Assembly: GCA_965240325.2 (NCBI GenBank)
Contig: OZ251227.1
Location: 682,001-746,000 of the forward strand
Reading direction: 5' to 3'
DNA from: Rebecca billardiae RCC1528
Taxonomy: Eukaryota; Protista; Haptophyta
Length of the DNA stretch: 64,000 nt
Shown: piece by piece, positions 35,952 through 47,714 of the stretch
Numbering within the stretch: position 1 is the first letter of the stretch
How the letters are laid out: every line of letters starts with the position of its first letter
The notes under the pieces: model-generated
What the model was told of the DNA's origin: nothing
Seen by the model: only the letters and a program-made list of their open reading frames with translations
Database searches by the model: none
Position numbers and translations under genes: made by a program

Positions 35952-36893
35952 TCATCGGACCCTGCCGCGGTGGCGGCGGCGGCGTGCCGTCAGCTTGTCC
36001 TTGCCGCTAGGAATGGGAGGCGGCGTGAAGATCGGTGGCTCCTGAAGGCGCACGATGCGCATGGCGCACGCTTGTGGCCACGTATCGCCCGTCATGTGCG
36101 AGTCGAGCGACTTCACGTCGAGCGTGGACGTGCCGATCAGCTGCACCCCGAGCGTGCGGTCCTCTCGCAGCAGCTCCCACAGCGCGAGGATCTCGTGCCG
36201 CTCAAAGCCTGGGAAGTTGAAGAGCTCGTCGAAGATGAGAACCACGCCCGAGCGCAGCAACCCACGCTCATCCAGCGTGCGCAGCACGTAGCTCGCCGCA
36301 GAATACAAGTCGCTGTCGATGTGCACCATCGACACCGGCTGTGACGCATGCGCGTCGAGGAACGGCGTGAGTGTGGCGTTGAAGAGGCCGATCACCCACT
36401 TGATCCTCTCCGTGGCTTTGAAGGGCGGCCTGCCTCCGATGTTGAATGCCCCGTAGCGCAGGTACTTGTACGTGAGCGTCGGCGTGCTCACCCGCCATGC
36501 CTCTGGCAGTCCCTGGAACGAGTCAAAGCCGTAGATGACCGTCTCGTTGTGCCCGGCGGTGCGATTGCCGATCACACGCGCGATGCGCTGGATGGTGTTG
36601 CCCTTGAACACGCCGAACTCCAGCCACAGCCCAGAGCTGCTCGCGCACGCGAGCCCACCTCGGAGTCCGTACACATCCATGTAGTGATAGGGAGCGCGAC
36701 GAATCGCGCCGATCATGTGCTCGACAAACTCAGAGTAGTCCGGCCGGTAGAAGATCACTTCGCCGGTTGTGTTGCACGGCGTGCGCGCGAAGAGCGACTC
36801 AAACTCCAGCGCGCGCTTCCATCCTGGACTCGTCACGACGAGCCCCACGTGCACGGAGAGCAAGGACGCCACGAGCGCCCAGCGGCTCGTCAT
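35952..36893 (-). CDS. Class I SAM-dependent methyltransferase, TylF/MycF-like, with N-terminal signal/anchor
   Basis: WLEFGVFKG, YGFDSFQGLPEAW, GLFNATL, VHIDSDLYSAA, LIFDELFNFPG. Confidence 0.85.
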   Translation of the reverse strand: MTSRWALVASLLSVHVGLVVTSPGWKRALEFESLFARTPCNTTGEVIFYRPDYSEFVEHMIGAIRRAPYHYMDVYGLRGGLACASSSGLWLEFGVFKGNTIQRIARVIGNRTAGHNETVIYGFDSFQGLPEAWRVSTPTLTYKYLRYGAFNIGGRPPFKATERIKWVIGLFNATLTPFLDAHASQPVSMVHIDSDLYSAASYVLRTLDERGLLRSGVVLIFDELFNFPGFERHEILALWELLREDRTLGVQLIGTSTLDVKSLDSHMTGDTWPQACAMRIVRLQEPPIFTPPPIPSGKDKLTARRRRHRGRVR

Positions 36894-37174
36894 GATCCAC
36901 TTGACGCCGGCACACCGGACAGCAGGCGCCTTTGCAGCCTGATCACCCGGAGCCCGTTATAAAGGGGAAAAAAAAAGTTGGTTTCGTGGGTCCAGGGCGC
37001 GAAGCAGCAGTGTATTTTTTATGGCGGGCCGTTATAAGGGGTCCGCAAGACGCAATGTACTGCCGTCGTACTGATGGAGACGCACTGAGCGCTGTGCAAA
37101 TCCAGTGGAAAACATCTCCAAGGAACAAGCACCGCTTGTACAATACTCGCATGCGCGCCCAAAGAGGTGTCCCA

Positions 37175-37408
37175 GTGGCAGTGAGCCGCGCAGCGCAGGT
37201 GGATCGCGCTCCAGCAGCTCAAGGCCGCGCTCAAGCCATTCCGCATTCGATCGCGGTGCAGGCTACGCCTACTAAGTACTATGCTCTGCCACTAGCAGCT
37301 ATTGGGACCGACTTGTCAGACGATCGGGCACTGCCGCCGACGAACCAGGAGACCGCCTGCGCCGTCCTACCTAGCGGTATCGTTAAATCATACGGAATGT
37401 ATGAGTAG
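37175..37408 (-). repeat. Dispersed repeat family A, internal segment (degenerate copy)
   Basis: Aligns by eye to the reverse complement of 52433-52632 and to 57337-57565. Confidence 0.8.
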
Positions 37409-37632
37409 CTACAGAATGAGATATGACCGTGCGCGCGCGCGTACGTCTTAAAGAATAAAGTTAAAATATCAGACAATTTTAATCATAATATAATAAGGCA
37501 TTCGTCAGACTCAGAGATAACTCCAGCCGGAGACCAGACTGAGTCTGAGACCTGCATTGAATAAGTGACAATAAGTGTGACATATTGTCAGTGACGGACA
37601 ATCGATCTAATCTGACGCCGTCAGCATCCATT

Positions 37633-37648
37633 TATATATATATATGTA

Positions 37649-37692
<44 letters not shown>
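37633..37692. repeat. (TA)n microsatellite
   Basis: Direct observation. Confidence 0.97.
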
Positions 37693-37694
<2 letters not shown>

Positions 37695-38025
37695 GACGAT
37701 AATCTGTCCGTGCGGACGCGGCGCACTCCGCTAATCGACTGCTAATGACCGTATAGTAGTCATTTAATGAGATTGAGTGAGTCATGACGTGAATCGGAAT
37801 CTGCGGAGCCGACGTACTCACTCGAAGGTCGCGGACCACGTCAAGATCTGCACTCTACTTACGGTAGGAAGCGTGATGCTGCCAGCGTGCTGCCAGTCTA
37901 TGCTGCCAGCCTAGTTATTGATCACCAGAATGATGGCAGACAGGTGCAGCACCAAAGCGGACAACATCGTCGACCCAGCGTCGTCGCCGAACTCCAGGGA
38001 CGTGCCCACGCGGAGCCGCGTGGTC

Positions 38026-38895
38026 CTATTTGACGTACGCGGCACTCAGCTTAGACCCGGCGGCCTCGTCGATCAGCCACGTGGCGCGCGCGCGCAGGCC
38101 GACCGCAGGGAACGACGTGATCGATTCCGCGCCCTCGATGGCGCGCTTCATGGCATCGGACTTGCCCTGGGGGTACTTCTCCGAGACGCCGCACGCCGCA
38201 ATGATCACGTCCTTGGCGGCCGCCATCACCGGCAGGGAGAGCGTGATCGAGCCGGGCGTCTTCATCGTGACGGGCAGCACCCAGCGGTCTGTGCGCGCCA
38301 CCTCGTCACGCCCCGGGTAGAGGGAGCCAACGTGGCCATCGTCGCCCACGCCGATGAGCATCATGTCAAAGACCGGCGTGCCATCCGCGGCGCGGGGCAG
38401 GGTCGACTCGGGGAGGGCGCGCAGCTGCGCCTCGTACGCCTCCGCCTCGCGCTCGGCGTCGTCTGAGCCGCCCATCAGAATGGGCGTGACGCCAGCCCAA
38501 CCGCTGAGGAAGAGCTTCTGGGCCTTCGCATGGGTGGCGAGCTGCTCGTCCGACATGGAGACGCACTTGTGATTCACGTAGGCGAGCGTCGTCTTCGACG
38601 CCCATGACGGCGATGGCCCCACGAGCATTTTCAGGATGCTTCCACCCGGGATGGCGAGCGCAAAATGCCCGTGCGCGGCGATCGCCGCCTCTGCTGCCGC
38701 GTCCAGCCGGGTGCGCATGGCAGCGCCAACCGCGTCTGCGTCCGCGCACACGTTGACGCGCGAAGGTTCGCACGGCGCCACCGTCGCCTGGGCGCTGAGC
38801 AATGGGGCCGAACGAGCTCGCAGGGCGGAGCCCGTCACGCGCGACGCTGGGTGGCTCCCGAGGAGCGCGACCGTGCACAGCGCCAAGCTCGTCAT
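38026..38895 (-). CDS. PGL: 6-phosphogluconolactonase, probably plastid-targeted
   Basis: FALAIPGGS, FDMMLIGVGDDGHVGSLYPG, ITLSLPV, TWLIDEAAGSKL; signal + transit-like leader MTSLALCTVALLGS. Confidence 0.9.
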   Translation of the reverse strand: MTSLALCTVALLGSHPASRVTGSALRARSAPLLSAQATVAPCEPSRVNVCADADAVGAAMRTRLDAAAEAAIAAHGHFALAIPGGSILKMLVGPSPSWASKTTLAYVNHKCVSMSDEQLATHAKAQKLFLSGWAGVTPILMGGSDDAEREAEAYEAQLRALPESTLPRAADGTPVFDMMLIGVGDDGHVGSLYPGRDEVARTDRWVLPVTMKTPGSITLSLPVMAAAKDVIIAACGVSEKYPQGKSDAMKRAIEGAESITSFPAVGLRARATWLIDEAAGSKLSAAYVK

Positions 38896-38997
38896 GACGC
38901 CGACGGTGATGAATGGCCGACGCGGCGATGCCCGGACGGCCGGGGCTGCTGGAGATCGAGACGAGATCTTGAGTAAGATCTTCCCGCCGACAACAAG

Positions 38998-39478
38998 ATG
39001 GCGGCCGCGTGTGGCCTCCGCGCTCTGGTGGTGGTGGTCCTGTTCTTCTCTGCGGTCGCGGAGGACGATGTTGACTGCGCAAGCATGAAGACCAAGGCTC
39101 TGCGGAAGCTCCTCGCGCGCAAGGGCCAGAGCTGCGTCGGGTGCGCCGAGAAGGAGGACTTCGTCAAAATGTGCGAGGAGTGGAAGGACGCTCCGGACGT
39201 CGAGCCCGCGCCGAAGCCCAAGGAGACCGACGAGGGCAAGGAGAAGAGTATCGACGACATCCTTGCCAGCTTGAAGGGGATGCCCGGGATGGAGAATATC
39301 AAGGTACATGCTCACGCGGGGCCGCGACCAGGCTGCACCGGCCTGGAGGCTGATTCCGTGCCCACCCCGCGGATTCGGTGTGCGCCCTGGCGACCCGCAG
39401 GTGTTCCGCCCAGGCGACCTTGAGAATATGAAGGACCAATTCGGCGACTTGGACGCAGCCATGAAAGACGAGATGTGA
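38998..39478 (+). CDS. Small ER protein with MANF/ARMET C-terminal (SAP-like) domain, 2 exons
   Basis: Signal peptide; SMKTKALRKLLARKGQSCVGCAEKEDFVK resembles MANF C-terminal CxGCAEK; intron 39304-39400; ends KDEM. Confidence 0.8.
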
Positions 39479-40138
39479 TCGACAGGCCTGGCTGAGCGCA
39501 GAGCAAGTTGACAGTTGCCGCCGGCGCGGCCAGCGGCAGCAGCGCGTGACGGCGCCAGCCTGCTGACTCTGGTGACTCGTCGCGCACGATATTTCAGACG
39601 TTCAACGGTATCTACCGAGTGATACCATCATCCATAGTGAGCGCAGCGCTGCCAGCGACACCACCGAGTACGTCTCACGGCAGCTCGGCCAGCATGCCAA
39701 ACCGCGCAAACAAACTACGGCCTGGCAATGGTGGCGGGCTGCTAAGCTGATCAGGCACGGCTGCCAGCATATATAGTTGATGTATAGTACTGAATACTCA
39801 GCTGTAGCGCATACTGATACGGCCATCACCGTGTCCGTGAATAACCCGCCCATCATCACGACCGGACCGTGGCTCGCGAGTCTCGTTAGTTTCGGTTAGC
39901 TGTACGGCGCGCAGCCGCAGCAGTCCTATAGTCAGTAGCGTCCTGCCATGCCCGCCGTCCCGCCATCGATGCCAAAGCTCGTTCGCACAGCACTTGCCGG
40001 TGCAGTGTGTACCGGATCCGCCGCTCCACCACCTCGGTAGATGTGTGTGCTGCGCAGCTCGACGCCTTGGACGCGGGCGACCGGCGTGCTGATGGTCTCA
40101 CGCCGCCGTTGCTCTGCCTCCTGTACCAGGTCAAGCTA

Positions 40139-41397
40139 TCACGCCGCGCGCGCCCGGCGGAACACGGCGGTGGCGACGATGGGGGCGCAACGCGGCAGAT
40201 GTGAGAGCAGGTCGTGCGCGTGATCAGGCGTCAGCGCCTGCACGCGCGGCTCGTTAGCTGGCGCGTGGTCTGGCATGGCGCGCGCGCGCCTGCGCGCCGC
40301 ACCTCGCGTCTCAGCTCGCGCACCTCGCGCGTGCGCCTCTTGTTCTCGTCGCGCAGGTCGGTTGCGCGCATCTTGATGGTCGCGAGCGCGACGTGGTGCG
40401 CCTCGGCCTGCGCGAGCAGCTCTGCGCGCGCGCCCTCCTGCAGCTCCGTGTACGCACCGCTCAGCTCGCGCACGCGCACGCTCAGCTTGGACTCGCGCGC
40501 GCGCACGGCGTGCAGTTCGCGGCGCAGCGTGCTCACGGCGCTCTCCGCCAAGCGCAGCTCCTCCACGACGTGCGCGCGCTCGCTGCTCGCCTCGGAGGCC
40601 GACCTACCGAGCACGCTCAGCTGCGCGCGCAGGCTCACCTCTGTGTCTGCGAGCGAGGCGGCGCGCGCCTCGGACTCGCGCGCGGTCGACTGCGCGGCTG
40701 CAAGGAGCTGCGCGTGCGTGGTGGTCTCAGAGCGCCGCTCATCGCGCTCACGCTCGAGCAGCGCGCGTAGCTCTGTCACCTCGCGCTCCGCCGCATCCGC
40801 GCGCGCCGCGTGCGCGTCGGCCGCCATGCTGAGCCTCTCCTCAGCGTCTCGCGCCTCCTGCCGCGCGCGCGTGAGCTCGGCCTTGTGCTTGTGCGCGATA
40901 GCGGCGCGCTCGCGATCGATGGCGGCTGCGTGTTCGTCGCGCTCACGCGCGAGCGCATCCTTGTGCGCCTCACTCGCCCGCCGGTGCGTGGCGGCCTCCG
41001 CCTCTGCGTCCGCTGCGCGCCGATCGAGAGCCTGCGCCTCGGCACGCAGGCGCTCCTCGCGCGCGGTCGCGGCCGCCTGCACCGCCTCGATCTTATGCTC
41101 CCACTGCCTATTGAGCTCCTCCCTCTCGTCGCCCGCCTGCGCCACCGCGGCGCGCAGCTCGCTCGCTTCGGCGCTGAGCGCGCGATGTGCTTCGCGGAGC
41201 ACATCGAGCTCGCGCCGCAAATCCTCGGCCTCGCGGAGGAGGCGGAAGCGCTCGCGCTGCTCAGCGTGCTGCCGCAGCGTAACGTCGGCGTGCTGGCGCG
41301 ACTCGTCTGCTTCAAACGACTCGAACGACTCGAGCGCCTGCCGCACGACTTCTTGGGCCGCCGTAGCGCCGCGAGCGGGCGTCATCGTCGCTGCCAT
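40139..41397 (-). CDS. Coiled-coil protein, 2 exons
   Basis: Long A/E/R heptad-rich ORF; intron 40238-40302 (gtgcgg...gctaac...gtgcag). Confidence 0.7.
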
Positions 41398-41510
41398 TCT
41401 GGTTTGAACGCCGCACTTCCTGGACGTGAGCTGCGGCAGTCTATTCAAGAGAGAGCAGGCTCAGGCGCTCAGCACCCTGATTCCGTCCACGTGCGTCCGC
41501 TCGGGAAGCC

Positions 41511-41972
41511 ATGGCGTGTTGGAGGATGATCCTGGTCCTGGCCGTGGCCAGTTTGCCCCAGATCGCCGGTTGGCACAGCGGCCACGTCCGCGCGCAGCTG
41601 AGCTCGGTAAGCGTACACATGCTCAGCACCACCGACGACTTGCCAGCCGCGCAGAGTGGCGCATCACCATCTGTATTCGCGCCAGCGATCATCCTGTACA
41701 CGAAGCATGGTTGCCCACTGTGCGAGGGTCTCGAGGCGAACCTGCAGGACGTCCGGCAGTATGTGAGCTTCGAGCTGTCCAAGCGATATATTGAGGACAA
41801 TGCTGAGTGGGAGGAGGCCTACCGGTACGAGGTACCCGTGCTCGTGGGCGCAACTCCAAGCGGCGGCGAGATGGAGATCCCGCGCCCGTCTCCACGCGCG
41901 TCTGGTGTCTTCCTCCTGCGCTGGCTGCGCAAGCACTACTTCGAGCAGCTCTCAGCGGCCCAGTCGCAGTGA
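41511..41972 (+). CDS. Glutaredoxin-like (DUF836-type) protein, probably plastid-targeted
   Basis: ILYTKHGCPLCEGL...YIEDNAEWEEAYRYEVPVL; N-terminal signal peptide. Confidence 0.85.
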   Translation: MACWRMILVLAVASLPQIAGWHSGHVRAQLSSVSVHMLSTTDDLPAAQSGASPSVFAPAIILYTKHGCPLCEGLEANLQDVRQYVSFELSKRYIEDNAEWEEAYRYEVPVLVGATPSGGEMEIPRPSPRASGVFLLRWLRKHYFEQLSAAQSQ

Positions 41973-43324
41973 AGTGAGCATGCTCGCGAGCGTGCTTGCC
42001 GCCACTGAGGTGGCTATTCGCGTTCACTCTGCAAGCATTACTCTCATCCACAGACTTCGAGCGCAGCGTAATGCGCAATTCGCCGACGCCGACAAGAAAA
42101 TGGTTCAAGTTGCTGCGTCGTAAGTGTCCGCGGCCACCAGGCAGTCAAGCACCAGTCAGTGACGCGACATTGTCGTCGTCGGATACTACTCCTCGTCGCG
42201 CCATCAATCATGGCCCGCGATGCATCAGGGTGGAGCGCGCAGCTAGTGGAGCGCCGAGCGGGCCGCGGGCTGCTGCCAGCGGGCAAGAGCGTTGTCTGAG
42301 TCTGTCCCGGCCACTCTCGGGCTCGGCGAGTCTTCGGACTATAATTAGCCGGACGACTCGTCGATATATATAGATCTCTGCTCTAGTTACGGCCTTAGTC
42401 TCTCTCTGCTCTCAGTTGATGACGACCGACATGATGATGATGATATAACTTATAAGCGACTCCGCCAGCGGCGCGAGCAAAGCAGCAAGCGGCGGAGGAG
42501 ATGGGGCCTCGTTGTTTGCTGGTGCTGCAGGCAGGGGCCAGGGGGCCGTAACTGATGAGCAGGTCGGCGCAAAAGGTCGTAGTAGTTCCGATGTGTGAGC
42601 TAGACGGGCTCAGGCTGCTTGATGAACTTGGTAAGCTGCCACTCGGACTGTAGATGATCTCAGAAAGGATCTCGAGCACTGCAGAGTCGAGCACCGAGTA
42701 GTGGAGAGTAGGGCGAGGAGCAAGTACCGAAGGAGCAAGCTGCCAAGCAGGTAGGCCGATATGAAAGGCCAGGCAGCTGCCATGATGATGATAACGGAAA
42801 GCTTGTCCGAGGGATGGTCTCGCTGGAAACTAGGATGCACGGGTGCCACTATCCGTAATCCGGATTGGGTACCAGCGCGTAGCAACTTGAAGTAGATCAT
42901 ACCTGCAGGATCAAGTAGACGATGGAGGCCCTTGGGCCTTGGCTCACCAGCGACGCATCACCTTCCAGCCTCCCGACACATTCGGTTATAACTGCGTTAT
43001 AACGCCACATAGTACTACGGCTACACTCTCCCGCTACAGCAGGACCGGGTGAGTACTCACTTGATGACACGGTGAGTCAGACGTATAGCAGCTATATAAT
43101 GACCGCGTTCCGCGGTCCTTTTCCGTAGAACGAACGTAGTTCAGGGCCCGCGGTGGCGGTGCACCCTCCATCGCAGTCGTCTATTGACAGACCCGGAGTT
43201 GCATGCCCGTACAACTAGGTACTCCAGCGGCGCGCCGCCGCCTGACCGCCGCGCCCGGGGCGCGGGCCCATCGGCGCACTTCGCAGCCGCCGGCGCGGCG
43301 CCGATTGTGTACAGGCGGATGCGA

Positions 43325-43634
43325 CGAGGCGTGATCGACGCATGAGCGCGACTCCACGTGCACGCCAGGCCACGCGAAGCTGACAGCCAGGGAGCACGGT
43401 GCGGGGCCGCGGATTCGTTCGGGCCGCTGCTGCTGACTGACCGCTGTCCCGCCGCGGGTCACCGCGCACCGCGGCAGCGCCAGGATAGTTTGGTGATTTG
43501 CACTGGTCCGAGTAGGGTTCGACCAGCGCCTGCGCGACGGCCGACAGGCGGGCGCGAGGCGTGATCGACGCATGAGCGCAACTCGACGTGCACGCCAGGC
43601 CACGCGGAGCTGACAGCCCGAGGGAGCACGGTGC
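43325..43634. repeat. Two ~80-bp direct repeats (43325-43402, 43555-43634)
   Basis: cgaggcgtgatcgacgcatgagcgc...cacgccaggccacgcg...ctgacagcc...gggagcacggtgc present twice. Confidence 0.85.
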
Positions 43635-45282
43635 CGAGGTCGGAGGTGCGACTGGGCACCAGTCACAGATCGTTCGCGCACGCCGCGCGTGCACGGGCTG
43701 ACACACCTCGATCAGGCTCGGCACGCGTTGCAGCGGCACAGCCAGCTCTGGGGACGTCACGCACCACCGTCGCCCGCGCAGCTCGTCCTCCTCGTAGAGT
43801 ACCGTTCAGTTCCGAGGCGTAGCCCTCGCTCAGAGTCAGAGTCGACCGGTCGACGATGGACTCGGATCGTCGGCGCTCCCCGGAAAGGCATGGCAAGGGC
43901 GGCGCGTGGTGAAGTCGAAGACTCAGAGATCGATCAGTCCGGCATCAGGCGCCGCTGCCCCCGAGCTTGCGAGAGCCCGAATACAGGGCGGCTGCCGCGG
44001 CGCGGCCGGGGCGCCGCGGCGCCGACCGGCGCGCGGCCGCGCGCAGGCATCGACACGGGGCGGCGGGGGCGCGCGGAGTGAGCGGGGGCACGAACGCGAT
44101 GTCGACGGCAGTCGGGACCCGCCGCAGCCGCGCGCTCCAGGCGCAACTCGCCGCGCGCACCTGCCCATCGCCGTCCTCACCCGTCGGTCGCTCGTCAGCT
44201 CGCCTCATCCTCTCGCGGTCTCGCCGCAGCCGTGGCGTAGAAAACGCGGGCCCGCCGGCGCCCCGGCTCCCGCTCCGGTGTCAGATAGTATTGAGATTCG
44301 CCGAGGTTGGCCCATCGGCTACTGACCCTTGCCTCGTCGGCTCCTGATACAGACACGGCGCGATTGAATAGTTGATTCAACTGATTCAAGGGACGTACAT
44401 GGTCACATCGGTTCGCGGCAATCTCTATCTAGATACGTCATCGCTCCTTGGACCTTGCTGCAATCTCATTGGCCGGAAAAATCGCTTGTAACGGTTCGTT
44501 ACGTTAGGGATCCTAAAGGGCGTGAAGTTTTTTGGACGGGCGTCACTCCACGCTTTACTATGAACTTGCCGTGGGCGCGACCTTTTTCGGCCGTGATGCA
44601 TGTTAGAGAGGGTCTCAAAATTCGAAACTCGGTCTCCTCCAGCCATGAAAATCGTCCCCCGTCCCTTTTTTCTTGATCAAAGATCTTTTTGAAACGTTGT
44701 TCGGGCCCGCTGGTGCGGGCTCCACGCTGCGCGCTCCGCCCTGCACCGCGGGCCATAATTGTAATTAGCAGCAGCGCCTGACACATAGCAGCTTAATTAT
44801 ATATACGTACGGCCTGACACTGCTTGATATAGTCCGGATCCGCCACGCTTACTGGTATCAATTATTATCATCGGTTCATCGCGGCTTTTTTAATAACAGA
44901 TCGTTGACGAGCGCCAGTAGGGCAGCCGCAGTAGCTTACTGCCGTCCGGAGGCCGACCGGGCCTCAGTGGAGCGGCTCCGCCGGCATCCGCACAGTGAGT
45001 GACAGTGTCAAACTCAAAAAACAGCAGTGTGAGCTGCTGAGTGAGAGTTCAGACTTCCTCAACCATCGAAGTCGGTCGGGCTCGGTCGACTTGAGCGTCC
45101 GGTCAGGAACCAGTAGTTGCTGCCGCTGGCGTAATTCAGTGTTGCTTGGCCCTGGCCAGATATTTAACCACGCGTGGCATGCAACGGTGAACGGGCAGGC
45201 GTCAGGCTGAGTGCTCAGTGCAGCAGAGACGTAGAACGTGTCCGCGCCTTCCCAGCAGGACCAGGTCAGGCAGATACTGATA

Positions 45283-45382
45283 CATTTAACGTCGTGGCAT
45301 GCAACGAGCATGGCGTCAGCGTCAGTAAGCAGTAGCAGATCGGTCAGCAGGGACAAGCACCAGGAGCAGCGCTCCTCGGCAG

Positions 45383-45415
<33 letters not shown>

Positions 45416-45575
45416 GTAGTCGCCCATCACTCCATCGCCGAGCGGAAGCCCGACGCACAGTCTAGGGAGTCTGGCTTCGACGCACGCGCGCCACCGCGGT
45501 GATCGCGGTGCCACGCGTCGTCAGCCGACGTCGTCTCGAAGTAGTCGTCGTGCGCAGCGCCCCCGCGAGCGCGTA
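45283..45575. repeat. Dispersed repeat family B (copy with C31 tract)
   Basis: Aligns with 62644-62922; poly-C at 45383-45413. Confidence 0.85.
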
Positions 45576-46252
45576 TGTGTGACATACTTGTTTGCAATAT
45601 ATTTCCAGCGCGAATCTGCGAGGAGATATATATATTTCACACATATGTATATCTGTCTGCGCATTATCTCAATTTGTATCTGGGGCATTGCCGCCATTGA
45701 TCATCCACGGCGCCTGCAGCCGCATATCGCACTACTCCAGAGTCCAGACGACCAGACGCACGTCCAGCGATCGACCGCCCCGGCGCCCGCGACCGTCATT
45801 TGTTAAAGCACGTCAACGGCCAGTCTCGGGCAGCAAAGTTGATTGATTCAGACTGTCGACTGAGGTAGTTGCCCCTAGTCCGCATCGAGGACTACGGTGC
45901 ATCTTCAGCAATACGACTGCTACTTCATCACGCGACGACTGACTGCCGTTGTGAGTAAGCGCTAGACGCCGCTAGTGACTAGTTAGCTTAGTGACTCCGA
46001 CATGAGTAGTGAATACTAACTATACTACTAGGTGTCATCATAGTGAGCATGCCAACTAATGCGCCACTTGCTGGCATATCATTGCCAGATGACGTCCGGC
46101 GCCGCTTGCGGGCGCTGCTGGCATATATATTCTGGCCATCGGGATCACATATCCGATGATGGCTACCCTCGGAGCAACCGGGCGAATAAGCCGTACGTTG
46201 CCCAGTGTAGTTACCGTACTTACCGTCCACCGGCCGCCAGCCCGCCACAGGC

Positions 46253-47107
46253 TCAGACGTTCCAATCGATGGGCTCGTGGCCAAGCTCGGCGAGAAGCGT
46301 GTTGCAGCGCGAGAAGCAGCGGCTACCGGTGAATGGCGTCGGGCCCTTGCTGTTGCTCAGCGGGCTCGGGTGTGAGCTCGTGAGGACGCGGTGCCTTCCG
46401 CGGTCAATCTGGCCGACCTTCTTCTGCGCGGGTAGGCCCCAGAGGATGCAGACGACGCCCTTGCCAGGACGCTCCAGCACCGCGCGCACGACAGCGTCCG
46501 TGAACTGCTCCCAGCCCTTCTTCTGGTGACTGTTTGCCGCGCCCTGGTCCACGGTCAGGCACGAGTTGAGCAGCAGCACGCCTTGCTGCGCCCATGGCAT
46601 CAGTGACCCGACCGAGCCGCTCGCAGTCGTGGTGCCGCGCGAGAAGGGCACAGCCGGGTCGTCGTGGAGCTCCTGGAATATGTTCCGCAACGAGGGCGGA
46701 AATTTGCACCCTGCCGTGTCCGCGATCGAGAACGCCAGCCCGTGCGCCTGCCGGGGGCCGTGGTATGGATCCTGTCCGAGGACGATCACCTTCACGTCTG
46801 CGAGCGGGCACGCATCGAGAGCGCCGAAAACCTGCTCGGGCGGCGGGAAGACGGGGCCCGCGCGGCGGCGGGCCCCAACGAAGTCGACGAGCGCACGAAA
46901 GTAGGGCTTCTTCGCCTCGCCCCGCAGCGCCTTGTCCCAGTCTGCGTGCGCGAGCTCGAGGAAGGCCTCAAATTTGTCCAGATCGTCTGATCGGCTTGCT
47001 TTGGCAGGGCGGGCGCCCGTCTCTTCGCGTGGCGGCGCGCCATCGTTGGCGTTGAGCTCGGCCTCGGGCTTGCGCTTCAGGAACGCCGTCATCTTCGCCT
47101 GTGCCAT
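46253..47107 (-). CDS. UNG: Uracil-DNA glycosylase, family 1
   Basis: PIP-box-like QAKMTAFL; GQDPYH, PPSLRNI, GVLLLN, HPSPLS, IDW motifs. Confidence 0.97.
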   Translation of the reverse strand: MAQAKMTAFLKRKPEAELNANDGAPPREETGARPAKASRSDDLDKFEAFLELAHADWDKALRGEAKKPYFRALVDFVGARRRAGPVFPPPEQVFGALDACPLADVKVIVLGQDPYHGPRQAHGLAFSIADTAGCKFPPSLRNIFQELHDDPAVPFSRGTTTASGSVGSLMPWAQQGVLLLNSCLTVDQGAANSHQKKGWEQFTDAVVRAVLERPGKGVVCILWGLPAQKKVGQIDRGRHRVLTSSHPSPLSNSKGPTPFTGSRCFSRCNTLLAELGHEPIDWNV

Positions 47108-47714
47108 CTTCCGGGCACCACTGCGTCCGAGGAGGCGAGGACGAGCGCGCAACCGGGACCGCGGGAGGTCCGCCGTTGGGCAGCCTTGTGCGCCGACACT
47201 CGTGAAGTCCGGCCGGGGCCGGCTGCACACGTGCGTCCGCCCCGGCCGGGTCGCCTCGCCCGCGATGCCGGCCGCTCCGCCGCTGCGGCGGGCCCTGCAC
47301 GGCGTGGGAGTTGTAGAGTGCACGGCTCGGCTGTGCGGCCGCTGGCGCGCACGCCGAACGAGCTGGCGTGGTGCCGCGACTTTTCGATGGCATCGCGCGC
47401 CGCAGCGCTCCGCACGCCTAGCCCGGCTTCGCCTTTGACTCGCGCCTCCGGTCAGCCGTCTGATGCCCGCAATTGCGCCTGAACCGCCGGGCTGAACCCA
47501 GCTAGCTTACTGTACCTAGTTGGTAGTACCTGAAACCACAACCTGCCACAACCTAGTGGCGCACCTCTCAGCTGAGCGTGCACGTGCCTTGTGCGACGTG
47601 CGAGTGCCGCAGTGCGTTTGCGTCCGGCAACCGTACGGCTTCATGGGCGGTGACAGTTGGCGGGCGTCAATCTCGCCTGCCTGCGCTGTGTGCGTCTCTT
47701 ATTCTGAGTAAACT

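Noticed and set aside
42395-42900. Short minus-strand ORFs in a lower-GC region
   Set aside because: No family motifs; probably decayed sequence and cannot be assigned.
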